Notes under the pieces: model-generated
The model's input: only the letters and a program-made list of their open reading frames with translations
The model's database searches: none
What the model was told of the DNA's origin: nothing
Assembly: GCF_051307035.1 (NCBI RefSeq)
Contig: NZ_CP195536.1
Coordinates: 1,350,001-1,382,000 of the forward strand
DNA: 32,000 nt
Direction of reading: 5' to 3'
From: Psychrobacter sp. DM4
GTDB lineage: Bacteria; Pseudomonadota; Gammaproteobacteria; Pseudomonadales; Moraxellaceae
Translations under genes and position numbers: made by a program
Shown here: positions 9,982-17,602 of the stretch, one piece after another
How the letters are laid out: every line of letters begins with the position of its first letter
How positions within the stretch are numbered: position 1 is the stretch's first letter

Positions 9982-11345
9982 TGGTGAAGTATCAGCAATA
10001 TGATGAGTATAAGGATTCTGAGGTTGAGTGGTTGGAAAAAGTGCCTAGCCATTGGCAGCCAGTTCCTATTAAATACTTAGCTTCAGAAAAAGACACACTA
10101 TTCTTGGATGGTGACTGGATAGAAAGTAAGGATATTTCTGATTCTGGCATTCGATATATTACTACTGGCAATGTTGGAGAAGGACAGTATAAAGAACAAG
10201 GAACTGGCTTTATTAGTGACCAAGTTTTTCAAAAGTTAAACTGTAGTGAGGTTTTTGAGCAGGATATTCTTATATCTAGACTGAATTTACCTATTGGTAG
10301 AGCTTGCCTTGTACCCAATTTAAATAACCGAATAGTGACTTCAGTAGATAATGTAATTTTGCGACCAGATATCATTTACTGTAAACGGTTTTTGGTACAT
10401 CTTTTTTCAAGTTCCGAGTATTTTCACAACACGGCTAACTTAGCTCGTGGTGCAACTATGCAAAGAATTAGCAGAGGTTTATTAGGGAATATAAGGATTT
10501 CTCTTCCTGAGAAAGAAGAGCAAGTTCAAATCGCCAACTTCCTCGACTTTGAGACCGCGCAGATCGATACGCTAATCGAAAAACAGCAAACTCTTATCCA
10601 ACTGTTAAAAGAAAAGCGCCAAGCCGTCATCAGTCATGCGGTGACTAAAGGCTTAAACCCTGACTCACCAATGAAAGATTCTGGGGTGGAGTGGTTGGGG
10701 GAAGTGCCTGAGCATTGGGAGATTATGGCAATATCAAAGCTAACTCAAAAAATCACTAATGGCTATGTTGGACCTACCCGAGATATTTTAGTACCGAATG
10801 GAGTGCCATACATACAAGCTACCCATATTAAACGTGGGAATGTGAACTTTGATGATGCATATTTCGTAAGAGAAGAATGGAGTAAGAAGCATTCAAAATC
10901 TATCTTAAGAGAGCAGGACGTATTAGTCGTTCAAACAGGCGCAGGTACTGGAGATATAGGTCTAGTTACAAGCAAAGAAGCAGGCTACAACTGCCATGCT
11001 CTAATTATTTTACAACCAAAAGCACATTTAATTTTAGGTGGGTTTTTGTCATTCATCCTTCAATCAGATTATGGCTATGCAATATTATACTCAATACGAA
11101 CAGGTGGCATGCACCCTCATCTAAATTGTGGAGAAGTTAAATACGTTAAAGTAAGTCTTCCTCCTATTGATGAACAACAGGAAATTATTTCGTACATTGA
11201 AAGAATGAAAAGTAAGTTTAATGATTTAATAGATAATGCAGAACGCGCTATTCAACTTATGCAAGAACGCCGCACCGCTTTAATATCTGCCGCGGTTACG
11301 GGTAAGATTGATGTGCGGGGTTGGGTTGCGCCCAAAAGCCGTTAA
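9981..11345 (+). CDS. hsdS: Type I restriction-modification system, specificity subunit S (two target-recognition domains)
   Basis: The half-structure is duplicated. DSEVEWLEKVPSHWQ and DSGVEWLGEVPEHWE precede each TRD. There are two conserved helical spacers: LPEKEEQVQIANFLDFETAQIDTLIEKQQTLIQLLKEKRQAVISHAVTKGL and LPPIDEQQEIISYIERMKSKFNDLI...RRTALISAAVTGKIDV. Confidence 0.9.
   Translation: MVKYQQYDEYKDSEVEWLEKVPSHWQPVPIKYLASEKDTLFLDGDWIESKDISDSGIRYITTGNVGEGQYKEQGTGFISDQVFQKLNCSEVFEQDILISRLNLPIGRACLVPNLNNRIVTSVDNVILRPDIIYCKRFLVHLFSSSEYFHNTANLARGATMQRISRGLLGNIRISLPEKEEQVQIANFLDFETAQIDTLIEKQQTLIQLLKEKRQAVISHAVTKGLNPDSPMKDSGVEWLGEVPEHWEIMAISKLTQKITNGYVGPTRDILVPNGVPYIQATHIKRGNVNFDDAYFVREEWSKKHSKSILREQDVLVVQTGAGTGDIGLVTSKEAGYNCHALIILQPKAHLILGGFLSFILQSDYGYAILYSIRTGGMHPHLNCGEVKYVKVSLPPIDEQQEIISYIERMKSKFNDLIDNAERAIQLMQERRTALISAAVTGKIDVRGWVAPKSR
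10014..10058 (+). repeat. hsdS internal direct repeat, copy 1 (pre-TRD1 conserved block)
   Basis: The 45-nt sequence gattctgaggttgagtggttggaaaaagtgcctagccattggcag matches 10677-10721 at roughly 36/45 positions. The offset is 663 nt (221 codons). Confidence 0.8.
10677..10721 (+). repeat. hsdS internal direct repeat, copy 2 (pre-TRD2 conserved block)
   Basis: gattctggggtggagtggttgggggaagtgcctgagcattgggag is the partner of 10014-10058. Confidence 0.8.
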
Positions 11346-11379
11346 AATAAATACAGAAAACAATAAAAGGAATTATAGG

Positions 11380-12102
11380 GTGAAAAAGTTTACCGTAGCA
11401 GCTTTATTAGGCGCAATAGCGGTTACCACTAGCGCCCAAGCCGAAGTCTATCACTGGCAAGATGAGCTATGCGATAATCGAGGCGAGTTTGATAATACAA
11501 AGTATAGCGCTAAGCAAATCGAAAACTCACATTTTGTCTTCGACCATTTAAATAGCTCAAATCTAAATAGCTTTTTTCCACCGATGGATATTAATGACTT
11601 AGATACGCTATCTATGACCGACCTAGAAACACTGACTGAAGAGTATAAACAAGTTAAGCATAATGTTGAACGACTTGATGTGGTGCCTGACGCAAAAGGT
11701 TATAAGCAAGAGTTGGTCAAGTCTATTGATGGGGAGTATAAACACAATAAGCTAACTATTTTGGCTTATTTAGAACCCATACAAGCTATGCGGCAGAGTC
11801 CATTGATGTGCAAGCAATACATCGAACCCTTTTTTCGTAACGAAACCGCCGTACAGGATAAATGGCAGCAGCTGGTTGAAAAACGCGCGTTAACAAATAG
11901 CTATGCCATGTCCCGTTATCAAGATGAGAAAGCCAGTAATCCTGCCAAGTATGCCAAAATTGACTTGATTACCTTTGGCTTTGGCAATTGCGTCAATGAT
12001 CAGGTCTATCATGCCGACTCCGAAAAAACCTATATCTATCGGCAACAACTGAATAAAATAGTGTTTGGTGAGAGTTTGACCAAGGTTTGTGCTGAGCCTT
12101 AG
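11380..12102 (+). CDS. Sec-exported protein of unknown function, third gene of the hsdM-hsdS transcription unit (here called X)
   Basis: The GTG at 11380 has AAGGAA 8-9 nt upstream and lies only 34 nt after the hsdS stop, with no hairpin between. The N-terminus MKKFTVAALLGAIAVTTSAQA/EV is a classic signal-peptidase I signal (basic n-region, hydrophobic core, AxA site). There is no lipobox Cys. The mature part has four Cys. I recognise no family by eye. The 241-codon ORF is in AT-rich DNA. Confidence 0.7.
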   Translation: MKKFTVAALLGAIAVTTSAQAEVYHWQDELCDNRGEFDNTKYSAKQIENSHFVFDHLNSSNLNSFFPPMDINDLDTLSMTDLETLTEEYKQVKHNVERLDVVPDAKGYKQELVKSIDGEYKHNKLTILAYLEPIQAMRQSPLMCKQYIEPFFRNETAVQDKWQQLVEKRALTNSYAMSRYQDEKASNPAKYAKIDLITFGFGNCVNDQVYHADSEKTYIYRQQLNKIVFGESLTKVCAEP

Positions 12103-12111
12103 TTTGCGTAG

Positions 12112-12160
12112 GCTGCGGCTTTAGCCCAGCAGTCAGGTTTTTTGCTAGGCTAAAGCCTAG
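12112..12160 (+). terminator. Cluster of alternative hairpins and a T-run after gene X (possible terminator or attenuator)
   Basis: Three structures overlap here. GCTGcGGC-TTTA-GCCCAGC (12112-12130) forms a hairpin. GGCTTTAGCC (12117-12126) is the exact reverse complement of GGCTAAAGCC (12148-12157), with a T6 run (12138-12143) between them. CTAGGC-TAAA-GCCTAG (12145-12160) is a separate local hairpin. These structures share arms, so they cannot all form at once. Confidence 0.35.
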
Positions 12161-12164
12161 TAGA

Positions 12165-12179
12165 GTGCATGTCATGCAC
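12165..12179. promoter_or_regulatory. Perfect palindrome upstream of hsdR (possible protein-binding site)
   Basis: GTGCATG-T-CATGCAC has 7-bp arms and a 1-nt spacer, about 140 nt upstream of the hsdR ATG. Confidence 0.3.
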
Positions 12180-12318
12180 CCACAAGATATAGGCTAAAAG
12201 TAAGATGAATCCTAATCAACAACTTAGTCAAAATTAAATACCGTATTGACGAGGCTTATCTAAAAGTTCGGTGCTTAAAAACCCTCTACACCAATAAACT
12301 AATAATAAGAACCATGCC

Positions 12319-15300
12319 ATGACTCAAACTAGCACTGCTACTAACGCACACAACGTTACCTACGAATCTGTCTTCCAAGCCGATATCGTCAGCCAAATGC
12401 AAACGCACGGCTGGCAACTGGGTACACCTAGCGGCTATACGGCAGAGACGGCACTATATGAGCAAGACGTGCTCGACTTTGTGCAGACCACCCAGCCGCA
12501 GGAATGGGAGAAGTTCTGCCGTACTCATCCTATCGACTCTGAGCGTCATTTTATCGCCGCATTGGTCAAGCAGCTGGGTAAGGCTGACGAACACTCAACT
12601 GATAGAGCCTCGCGCACTTATGGCACGCTTGGTGTCTTGCGTCATGGTCTCAAGATTCGTAACGCGCGCTTTAACTTATGCCAGTTCAAGCCTGAGCACA
12701 GCCTCAACCCTGCGACTATGGCACGCTACGAGGCCAATATCTGCCGTATCGTGTCTGAGGTTGTCTATAGTCCGCATATTAGTTCAAAAGACAGTCCTAA
12801 TAGCAAAGTCGCGAAGCGCAACCGTATCGATATTGTATTGTTCGTCAATGGCTTGCCCGTGGTGACGATGGAGCTAAAGTCGGAGTTTAAGCAAGCGGTA
12901 CAAAACGCGATTACTCAGTATAAGCGCACCCGCCTGCCAAAAGACCCTGACACGGGCAAACCTGAACCACTACTGACGTTTAAGCGCGGCGCACTAGTAC
13001 ACTTTGCGGTCAGTCAGTATGAAGTCTATATGACAACGAAGCTGGCAGGCGAGAACACTTACTTTTTACCCTTTAACAAAGGCACAGCCAGTGGCGGCGC
13101 GGGTAATGACGTGCCAGCAGATAGCAGCCGCTATGCAAGCGACTACCTATGGAATGACGTGCTCACCCCAGACAATTTATTGGCAATCCTCGGCCACTTT
13201 ATGCACTTACAGATCGAGGAAGAAGAGGACGTCATCGGGCTTAAGTCCAAAAAGGAAACTATGATGTTCCCGCGCTATCATCAGTGGGACGTTGTGACCA
13301 AATTGGTTAGTGCTGCTATTAGTGAAGGCGCTGGTCAAAGGTATTTGATTCAGCACAGCGCGGGATCAGGCAAGTCCAACTCTATCGCATGGACGGCGCA
13401 TCAGCTATCGACTCTTTACAATAGCGATGGTGATAAGCAGTTTCATTCGGTCATCGTCATCACCGATCGCACGATACTGGACGACCAGCTACAGGACACT
13501 ATCTATCAGTTTGAACATGCCGATGGCGTCGTCGGTAAGATCAGTAGAAATGAGGGTGACGGCTCAAAGTCTGAGCAACTCGCCAGCGCGCTCGTTAATG
13601 CGCAGCCGATCATCATCGTCACGATTCAAACCTTTCCGTTTGTCCTCAAAGCGATTGAAGACTCAAGCGTCCTCAAATCGCGCCGTTATGCCATCATCGC
13701 TGATGAGGCGCACTCGTCACAGACAGGCTCTACCGCGCGTCAGCTCAAAGAGGTCTTGGTCTCAGGTGAGATAAAGAAGAGCGAGGATAGCGCGTTATCT
13801 GATGAGGATGTCATCAATCAGACAATGGAGGCCAATCTTGCTGCGCGCCGTAGTAGTCCGAACCTCAGCTATTACGCCTTTACCGCCACGCCTAAACCCA
13901 AAACCATTGAGTTATTTGGGCGTTTGCCTGATCCTAGTTTGCCCGCCTCCAAACAGAACAAACCTGAGTCCTATCATGTCTATTCTATGCGCCAAGCGAT
14001 AGAGGAGGGTTTTATCTTAGATGTGCTCAAAAACTACACCAACTATAAAGTGGTCTATCAGCTCAAGCAAAAGCTCGCCGCTGATGATGAAGTGGATTCG
14101 CGCCGCGCCAAGATTAAGCTTAGTAACTGGGTACGTCTCCATGACTACAATATCGCGCAAAAGGTCAAAGTCATTATTGAACACTTTAATGACAACGTCA
14201 AAGGCTTACTAGGCGGGCAAGCTAAAGCGATGGTGGTAACGGGGTCTCGTAAAGAGGCGGTGCGTTATAAGATCGCCTTTGATAGCTATATTGCTGATAA
14301 CGGTTATCGCGGTATTAATGCGATGGTTGCCTTCTCAGGAGAGGTGACTTTTGATGACCATGATTTACAAAATAGCAGTGACCCTGATAGTAGCGGGCTA
14401 ATTCCTGATTTGGTCGGCGAAAAGTTCACTGAACATAATATGAATATTGGTCTAAAAAAACGTGACCTACGTACTGCCTTTGATAGTGACGATTATCAAG
14501 TAATGCTAGTGGCGAACAAGTTTCAGACGGGCTTTGATCAGCCCAAACTGTGTGCGATGTATGTCGATAAGAAGTTAGCAGGTGTCGATTGTGTGCAAAC
14601 CTTGTCACGGCTTAATCGCACTTATAAAGGTAAAGCGGAGAGTGGTACCTTTGTGCTCGATTTCTTTAACGATCCTGACGATATCTTAGCCGCCTTTCAG
14701 CCGTATTATGAGACTGCGAGCTTGGCGGATGTGTCTGATCCCGATCAGATTTATGACCTTTATGAGAGACTATGTGCACCTCAAATATTTTTGTGGCATG
14801 AAGTTGAGCAGTTCGTTAGCGCCTTTTATAGTAAGAATAAATCTAACGCCACCCTAAGTAACATCTGTAAGCCTGCGGTTGAGCGCTGGCAAAAGCAATA
14901 TCTTGAGGCGCGTACACAAGCAAAGCACGCCAAAATGATGCTTGAGGAAACCAAAACGACAGGTAATGTGGTACTGATTACTAATGCTGAGAACGACTAC
15001 AAAGGCTTTAAGACCAAGCAAGACGAGCTTGAGATATTCAAAAAGGATTTAGGTACTTTTACCCGCCAGTATGAATTTATGTCGCAGATTGTCGATTATG
15101 ACAGCAAGGATCTTGAGAAGCTTAGCCTATACGCCCGTAACCTACAGCCGCTATTGCGTGAGAGCGTCAGTGATGAGGACGATATCGACTTGAGTAATAT
15201 CGTGATGAGTCATTACCGTGTCTCAAAGCTCTATCAGCAAGACCTCAAGCTACAAGAGAGTAGCGGTGAGCTTGACGCGGGCGGCGGTGCTGGTACGGCT

Positions 15301-15627
15301 AAGCCTAAGGACAAAAAAGAAGAGCTACTATCGCAAGTCATCACTAAGCTAAACGAGGTGTTTGCAGGCGAGGACTTTACGGATAAAGATAAAGTTAATT
15401 TTATGAATACCATCTGGGATAAAGTCACTGAGAACGAGATCGTAGTCAAGCAGTTCACCAATAACAGTGTTGATCAGATTATGCTAGGTGGTTACCCAAA
15501 TGCTGCTGAGGACGCTATGTTTGATGCTAAGGGCACGTTTGAGAGTATGACCATGCACTTATTGTCTAACCCAAAACAGTTTAAGACGTTTATTCGGTTG
15601 ATGCTTGATACGAAGTTAAGTGCTTAA
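12319..15627 (+). CDS. hsdR: Type I restriction-modification system, restriction/translocase subunit R
   Basis: It has the PD-(D/E)xK nuclease block RIDIVLFVNGLPVVTMELKSE. SF2 helicase motifs are present: QHSAGSGKS (Walker A), IADEAHSSQ (DEAH), FQTGFDQP and QTLSRLNR (motif VI). At 1102 aa it is separated from gene X by a 216-nt structured spacer, consistent with having its own promoter. Confidence 0.95.
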   Translation: MTQTSTATNAHNVTYESVFQADIVSQMQTHGWQLGTPSGYTAETALYEQDVLDFVQTTQPQEWEKFCRTHPIDSERHFIAALVKQLGKADEHSTDRASRTYGTLGVLRHGLKIRNARFNLCQFKPEHSLNPATMARYEANICRIVSEVVYSPHISSKDSPNSKVAKRNRIDIVLFVNGLPVVTMELKSEFKQAVQNAITQYKRTRLPKDPDTGKPEPLLTFKRGALVHFAVSQYEVYMTTKLAGENTYFLPFNKGTASGGAGNDVPADSSRYASDYLWNDVLTPDNLLAILGHFMHLQIEEEEDVIGLKSKKETMMFPRYHQWDVVTKLVSAAISEGAGQRYLIQHSAGSGKSNSIAWTAHQLSTLYNSDGDKQFHSVIVITDRTILDDQLQDTIYQFEHADGVVGKISRNEGDGSKSEQLASALVNAQPIIIVTIQTFPFVLKAIEDSSVLKSRRYAIIADEAHSSQTGSTARQLKEVLVSGEIKKSEDSALSDEDVINQTMEANLAARRSSPNLSYYAFTATPKPKTIELFGRLPDPSLPASKQNKPESYHVYSMRQAIEEGFILDVLKNYTNYKVVYQLKQKLAADDEVDSRRAKIKLSNWVRLHDYNIAQKVKVIIEHFNDNVKGLLGGQAKAMVVTGSRKEAVRYKIAFDSYIADNGYRGINAMVAFSGEVTFDDHDLQNSSDPDSSGLIPDLVGEKFTEHNMNIGLKKRDLRTAFDSDDYQVMLVANKFQTGFDQPKLCAMYVDKKLAGVDCVQTLSRLNRTYKGKAESGTFVLDFFNDPDDILAAFQPYYETASLADVSDPDQIYDLYERLCAPQIFLWHEVEQFVSAFYSKNKSNATLSNICKPAVERWQKQYLEARTQAKHAKMMLEETKTTGNVVLITNAENDYKGFKTKQDELEIFKKDLGTFTRQYEFMSQIVDYDSKDLEKLSLYARNLQPLLRESVSDEDDIDLSNIVMSHYRVSKLYQQDLKLQESSGELDAGGGAGTAKPKDKKEELLSQVITKLNEVFAGEDFTDKDKVNFMNTIWDKVTENEIVVKQFTNNSVDQIMLGGYPNAAEDAMFDAKGTFESMTMHLLSNPKQFKTFIRLMLDTKLSA

Positions 15628-15853
15628 CAAAGCAAACCTTCAAATCGTTTCTATAAGTTTGCCAAGCATGATCATCAATGTTTTGAGCGCTTATTCCTAG
15701 TGGAATGTTAGGTATCAGCTCAAAGAGACAGGACTCTTTTTTGCCGCTCCTTTGATAAAAATAGTCTCTGTCAGTGATATGACCGAATATCAAACAGGCC
15801 CTAATATAATCATACTTTATTGATAGTATCTAAACCTCGTCAGATATTAACTA

Positions 15854-16117
15854 TCAATTTACAGTAGCTGTATCATCATCAAGTAAAGGAGTTATAGGAG
15901 TGATGACATAATCGTGTTGAACATCTGGCGCACTATCTACTGGTTTTTGAGTAGTTTTAGGGAGCTGATGCTGCTTAATTTGAGCTTGATTGCGTTTTTT
16001 GACCTCGTCAATCAGCTTTGATAGTTGTTCATTATCTTTCTCAATATCGGCGTCTAACTGCTGAGTGTCTTGGGTTTGCTTTTTTATAAAGATTTGACTA
16101 TATAAAAATGCATACAT
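15854..16117 (-). CDS. Hypothetical small protein (87 aa) with a predicted coiled-coil/charged centre and a Pro-rich tail
   Basis: An 87-codon ORF that stays open in about 35 percent GC DNA is unlikely by chance, because stop codons are AT-rich. The sequence has a heptad-like charged stretch, QQLDADIEKDNEQLSKLIDEVKKRNQAQIKQHQ. There is no convincing Shine-Dalgarno and I recognise no family. Confidence 0.3.
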   Translation of the reverse strand: MYAFLYSQIFIKKQTQDTQQLDADIEKDNEQLSKLIDEVKKRNQAQIKQHQLPKTTQKPVDSAPDVQHDYVITPITPLLDDDTATVN

Positions 16118-16157
16118 TAGAGTTTATAGAATAAATCTTAAAATTTGAAACCAGTTT

Positions 16158-17255
16158 TCAAAAGCAGCCATTGACTTTGTTTAAATATATATTCAACCAT
16201 TCCAGAAACTCATCGCTAGTCGTTGCCACATTCAACCGTAAATAGGTTGATGCTTGCGCCTTTGGATTAAATAGTTGTCCTGGTGCGACAAGCCAGCCAT
16301 TTTTATAAGCATCTAACGCCAACTGCCCAGAATCTACTCCTGTATCAACCCAAACGAAAATACCTGAATTAGTATGTTCAGGGTAGGATAGACCTACTAC
16401 TGATAATGCTTTACGCATATACTGATGGGCAAGATAGAGTTTTCGCTGAACCTTTTTGAGCTGACGCCGATATTCTCCCTGCGTCCATAGCTTATGAACC
16501 ACACGTTCACCAAACTCTGGTGAGGTCATATTGCTAAGCGTTTTAAGCTTAATTATCTGATTGATAAATTTATCAGGACTGACCAACATGCCCACGCGCC
16601 AGCCTGATGCCATCGACTTTGAAAAACCAGTGGCATAAAATACTCGCTCAAACTGGTCTATATTGGCATACCTAAGCGGCTTATCATTAGCTAAAAATAC
16701 GGCGTATAAATCATCTTCGAATATATAGGTATCGTATTCATGCATTAAGTTTAAAACTTGATGGGCGCGGGCAGGGTGCAAATTATAAGACGTTGGATTG
16801 TGTAGCACGCTGTTAGTAATGTATAACTTGGGACGGTGTTCTTCTAAAAGCTGTCTCATTTGTTCAAAATTTGGCCCTTGGTAGTCACGTTCAACTGATA
16901 TTACTTGATAGCCTTGTTGCTGTAGCGTACTTGATGTCCAATACCAGCCCGGACTATCTACTACAACCGTGTCGCCTACGTTTAGCAATAGTTGAATAAC
17001 TGTCAGAATAGCCTGCGAAACTCCTGTTGTAGTAACAATATTATCGGCGCTGGTATGAATACCTAGTAAATCCAAATACTGGACTAATTGCTCACGCAGA
17101 GGTAAGTAGCCTTGAATCTCACCGTAGTTATAAATAAAGCTATCGATATCCTGATTAACTTGCCTGACCGCCCACTGCATCCTATCATTTTTAATCCATT
17201 CAACGGGCAGCTCCCCTGAACCCGGCGCTCGGTGATTGGGAGTATCGCTAAACAT
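16158..17255 (-). CDS. MocR-family regulator, C-terminal PLP-dependent aminotransferase-like domain only (downstream half of a split gene)
   Basis: It is about 70 percent identical by eye to residues 106-466 of the intact paralog at 21138-22538 (for example VLHNPTSYNLHPARAHQV and YATGFSKSMASGWRVGMLV, which carries the PLP-Lys FSK). It starts with an ATG immediately after the TAA that ends the HTH half. Confidence 0.75.
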   Translation of the reverse strand: MFSDTPNHRAPGSGELPVEWIKNDRMQWAVRQVNQDIDSFIYNYGEIQGYLPLREQLVQYLDLLGIHTSADNIVTTTGVSQAILTVIQLLLNVGDTVVVDSPGWYWTSSTLQQQGYQVISVERDYQGPNFEQMRQLLEEHRPKLYITNSVLHNPTSYNLHPARAHQVLNLMHEYDTYIFEDDLYAVFLANDKPLRYANIDQFERVFYATGFSKSMASGWRVGMLVSPDKFINQIIKLKTLSNMTSPEFGERVVHKLWTQGEYRRQLKKVQRKLYLAHQYMRKALSVVGLSYPEHTNSGIFVWVDTGVDSGQLALDAYKNGWLVAPGQLFNPKAQASTYLRLNVATTSDEFLEWLNIYLNKVNGCF

Positions 17256-17564
17256 TTACTGTACGAGCCAGCTGGTATCAACCATAGGCTCTTTATCTAA
17301 AATATCTGAATTTCTATTTTGGATAATCTGAGGTAAAACGTAATAGCCTGAATTTGGCTTAGCCGTCAATACATTAGCAGCGACCAATTGCTCATAAGCT
17401 TGGGTTACGGTAAAGCTGGAAACATCTAAAATTGTAGCTAGTTTACGTACAGAAGGTACTCTCTGGTAGGGTTTGTAGACTTGACTATCAATCCGCTGCT
17501 GAATCCATTCGGCTACAGCAGCAGTTTTACTGATAGTAGGATTGAGCGAGTGAGTGTCATTCAT
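17256..17564 (-). CDS. MocR-family regulator, N-terminal GntR-type winged-HTH domain plus linker only (upstream half of a split gene)
   Basis: TAAVAEWIQQRIDSQVYKPYQRVPSVRKLATILDVSSFTVTQAYEQLVAANVLTAKPNSGYYV aligns with the N-terminus of the 21138-22538 paralog. It ends WLVQ-TAA where the paralog reads WLVQQVFSD. Confidence 0.75.
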   Translation of the reverse strand: MNDTHSLNPTISKTAAVAEWIQQRIDSQVYKPYQRVPSVRKLATILDVSSFTVTQAYEQLVAANVLTAKPNSGYYVLPQIIQNRNSDILDKEPMVDTSWLVQ

Positions 17565-17602
17565 AGATAGTCGGCTTACTAGAAGTTATATTTTATATTC
17601 TT

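Noticed and set aside
11308-11379. The upstream extension of gene X to the ATG at 11308, overlapping the end of hsdS.
   Set aside because: The extension (MMCGVGLRPKAVKINTENNKRNYR) would bury the signal peptide and overlaps hsdS by 38 nt. The GTG at 11380 has a Shine-Dalgarno and gives a canonical signal-peptide N-terminus.
12458-14212. Several 60-135-aa ORFs in alternative plus-strand frames inside hsdR (12458-12865, 13427-13774, 13802-14002, 14021-14212).
   Set aside because: They lie entirely within a strongly supported 1102-aa CDS. Their products are Ser/Arg-rich low-complexity translations typical of off-frame reading. None has a Shine-Dalgarno or a recognisable motif.
15722-15742. AAAGAG-ACAGGA-CTCTTT hairpin followed by a T-run, as a possible hsdR terminator.
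   Set aside because: The stem is only 6 bp and all-weak, and it lies ~95 nt past the stop codon. That is too marginal to report as a feature.
15590-15793. A 67-aa minus-strand ORF overlapping the 3-prime end of hsdR.
   Set aside because: It overlaps the hsdR stop region, has no ribosome-binding site, and has no recognisable motif. It may be a relic of something, but I cannot support a call.
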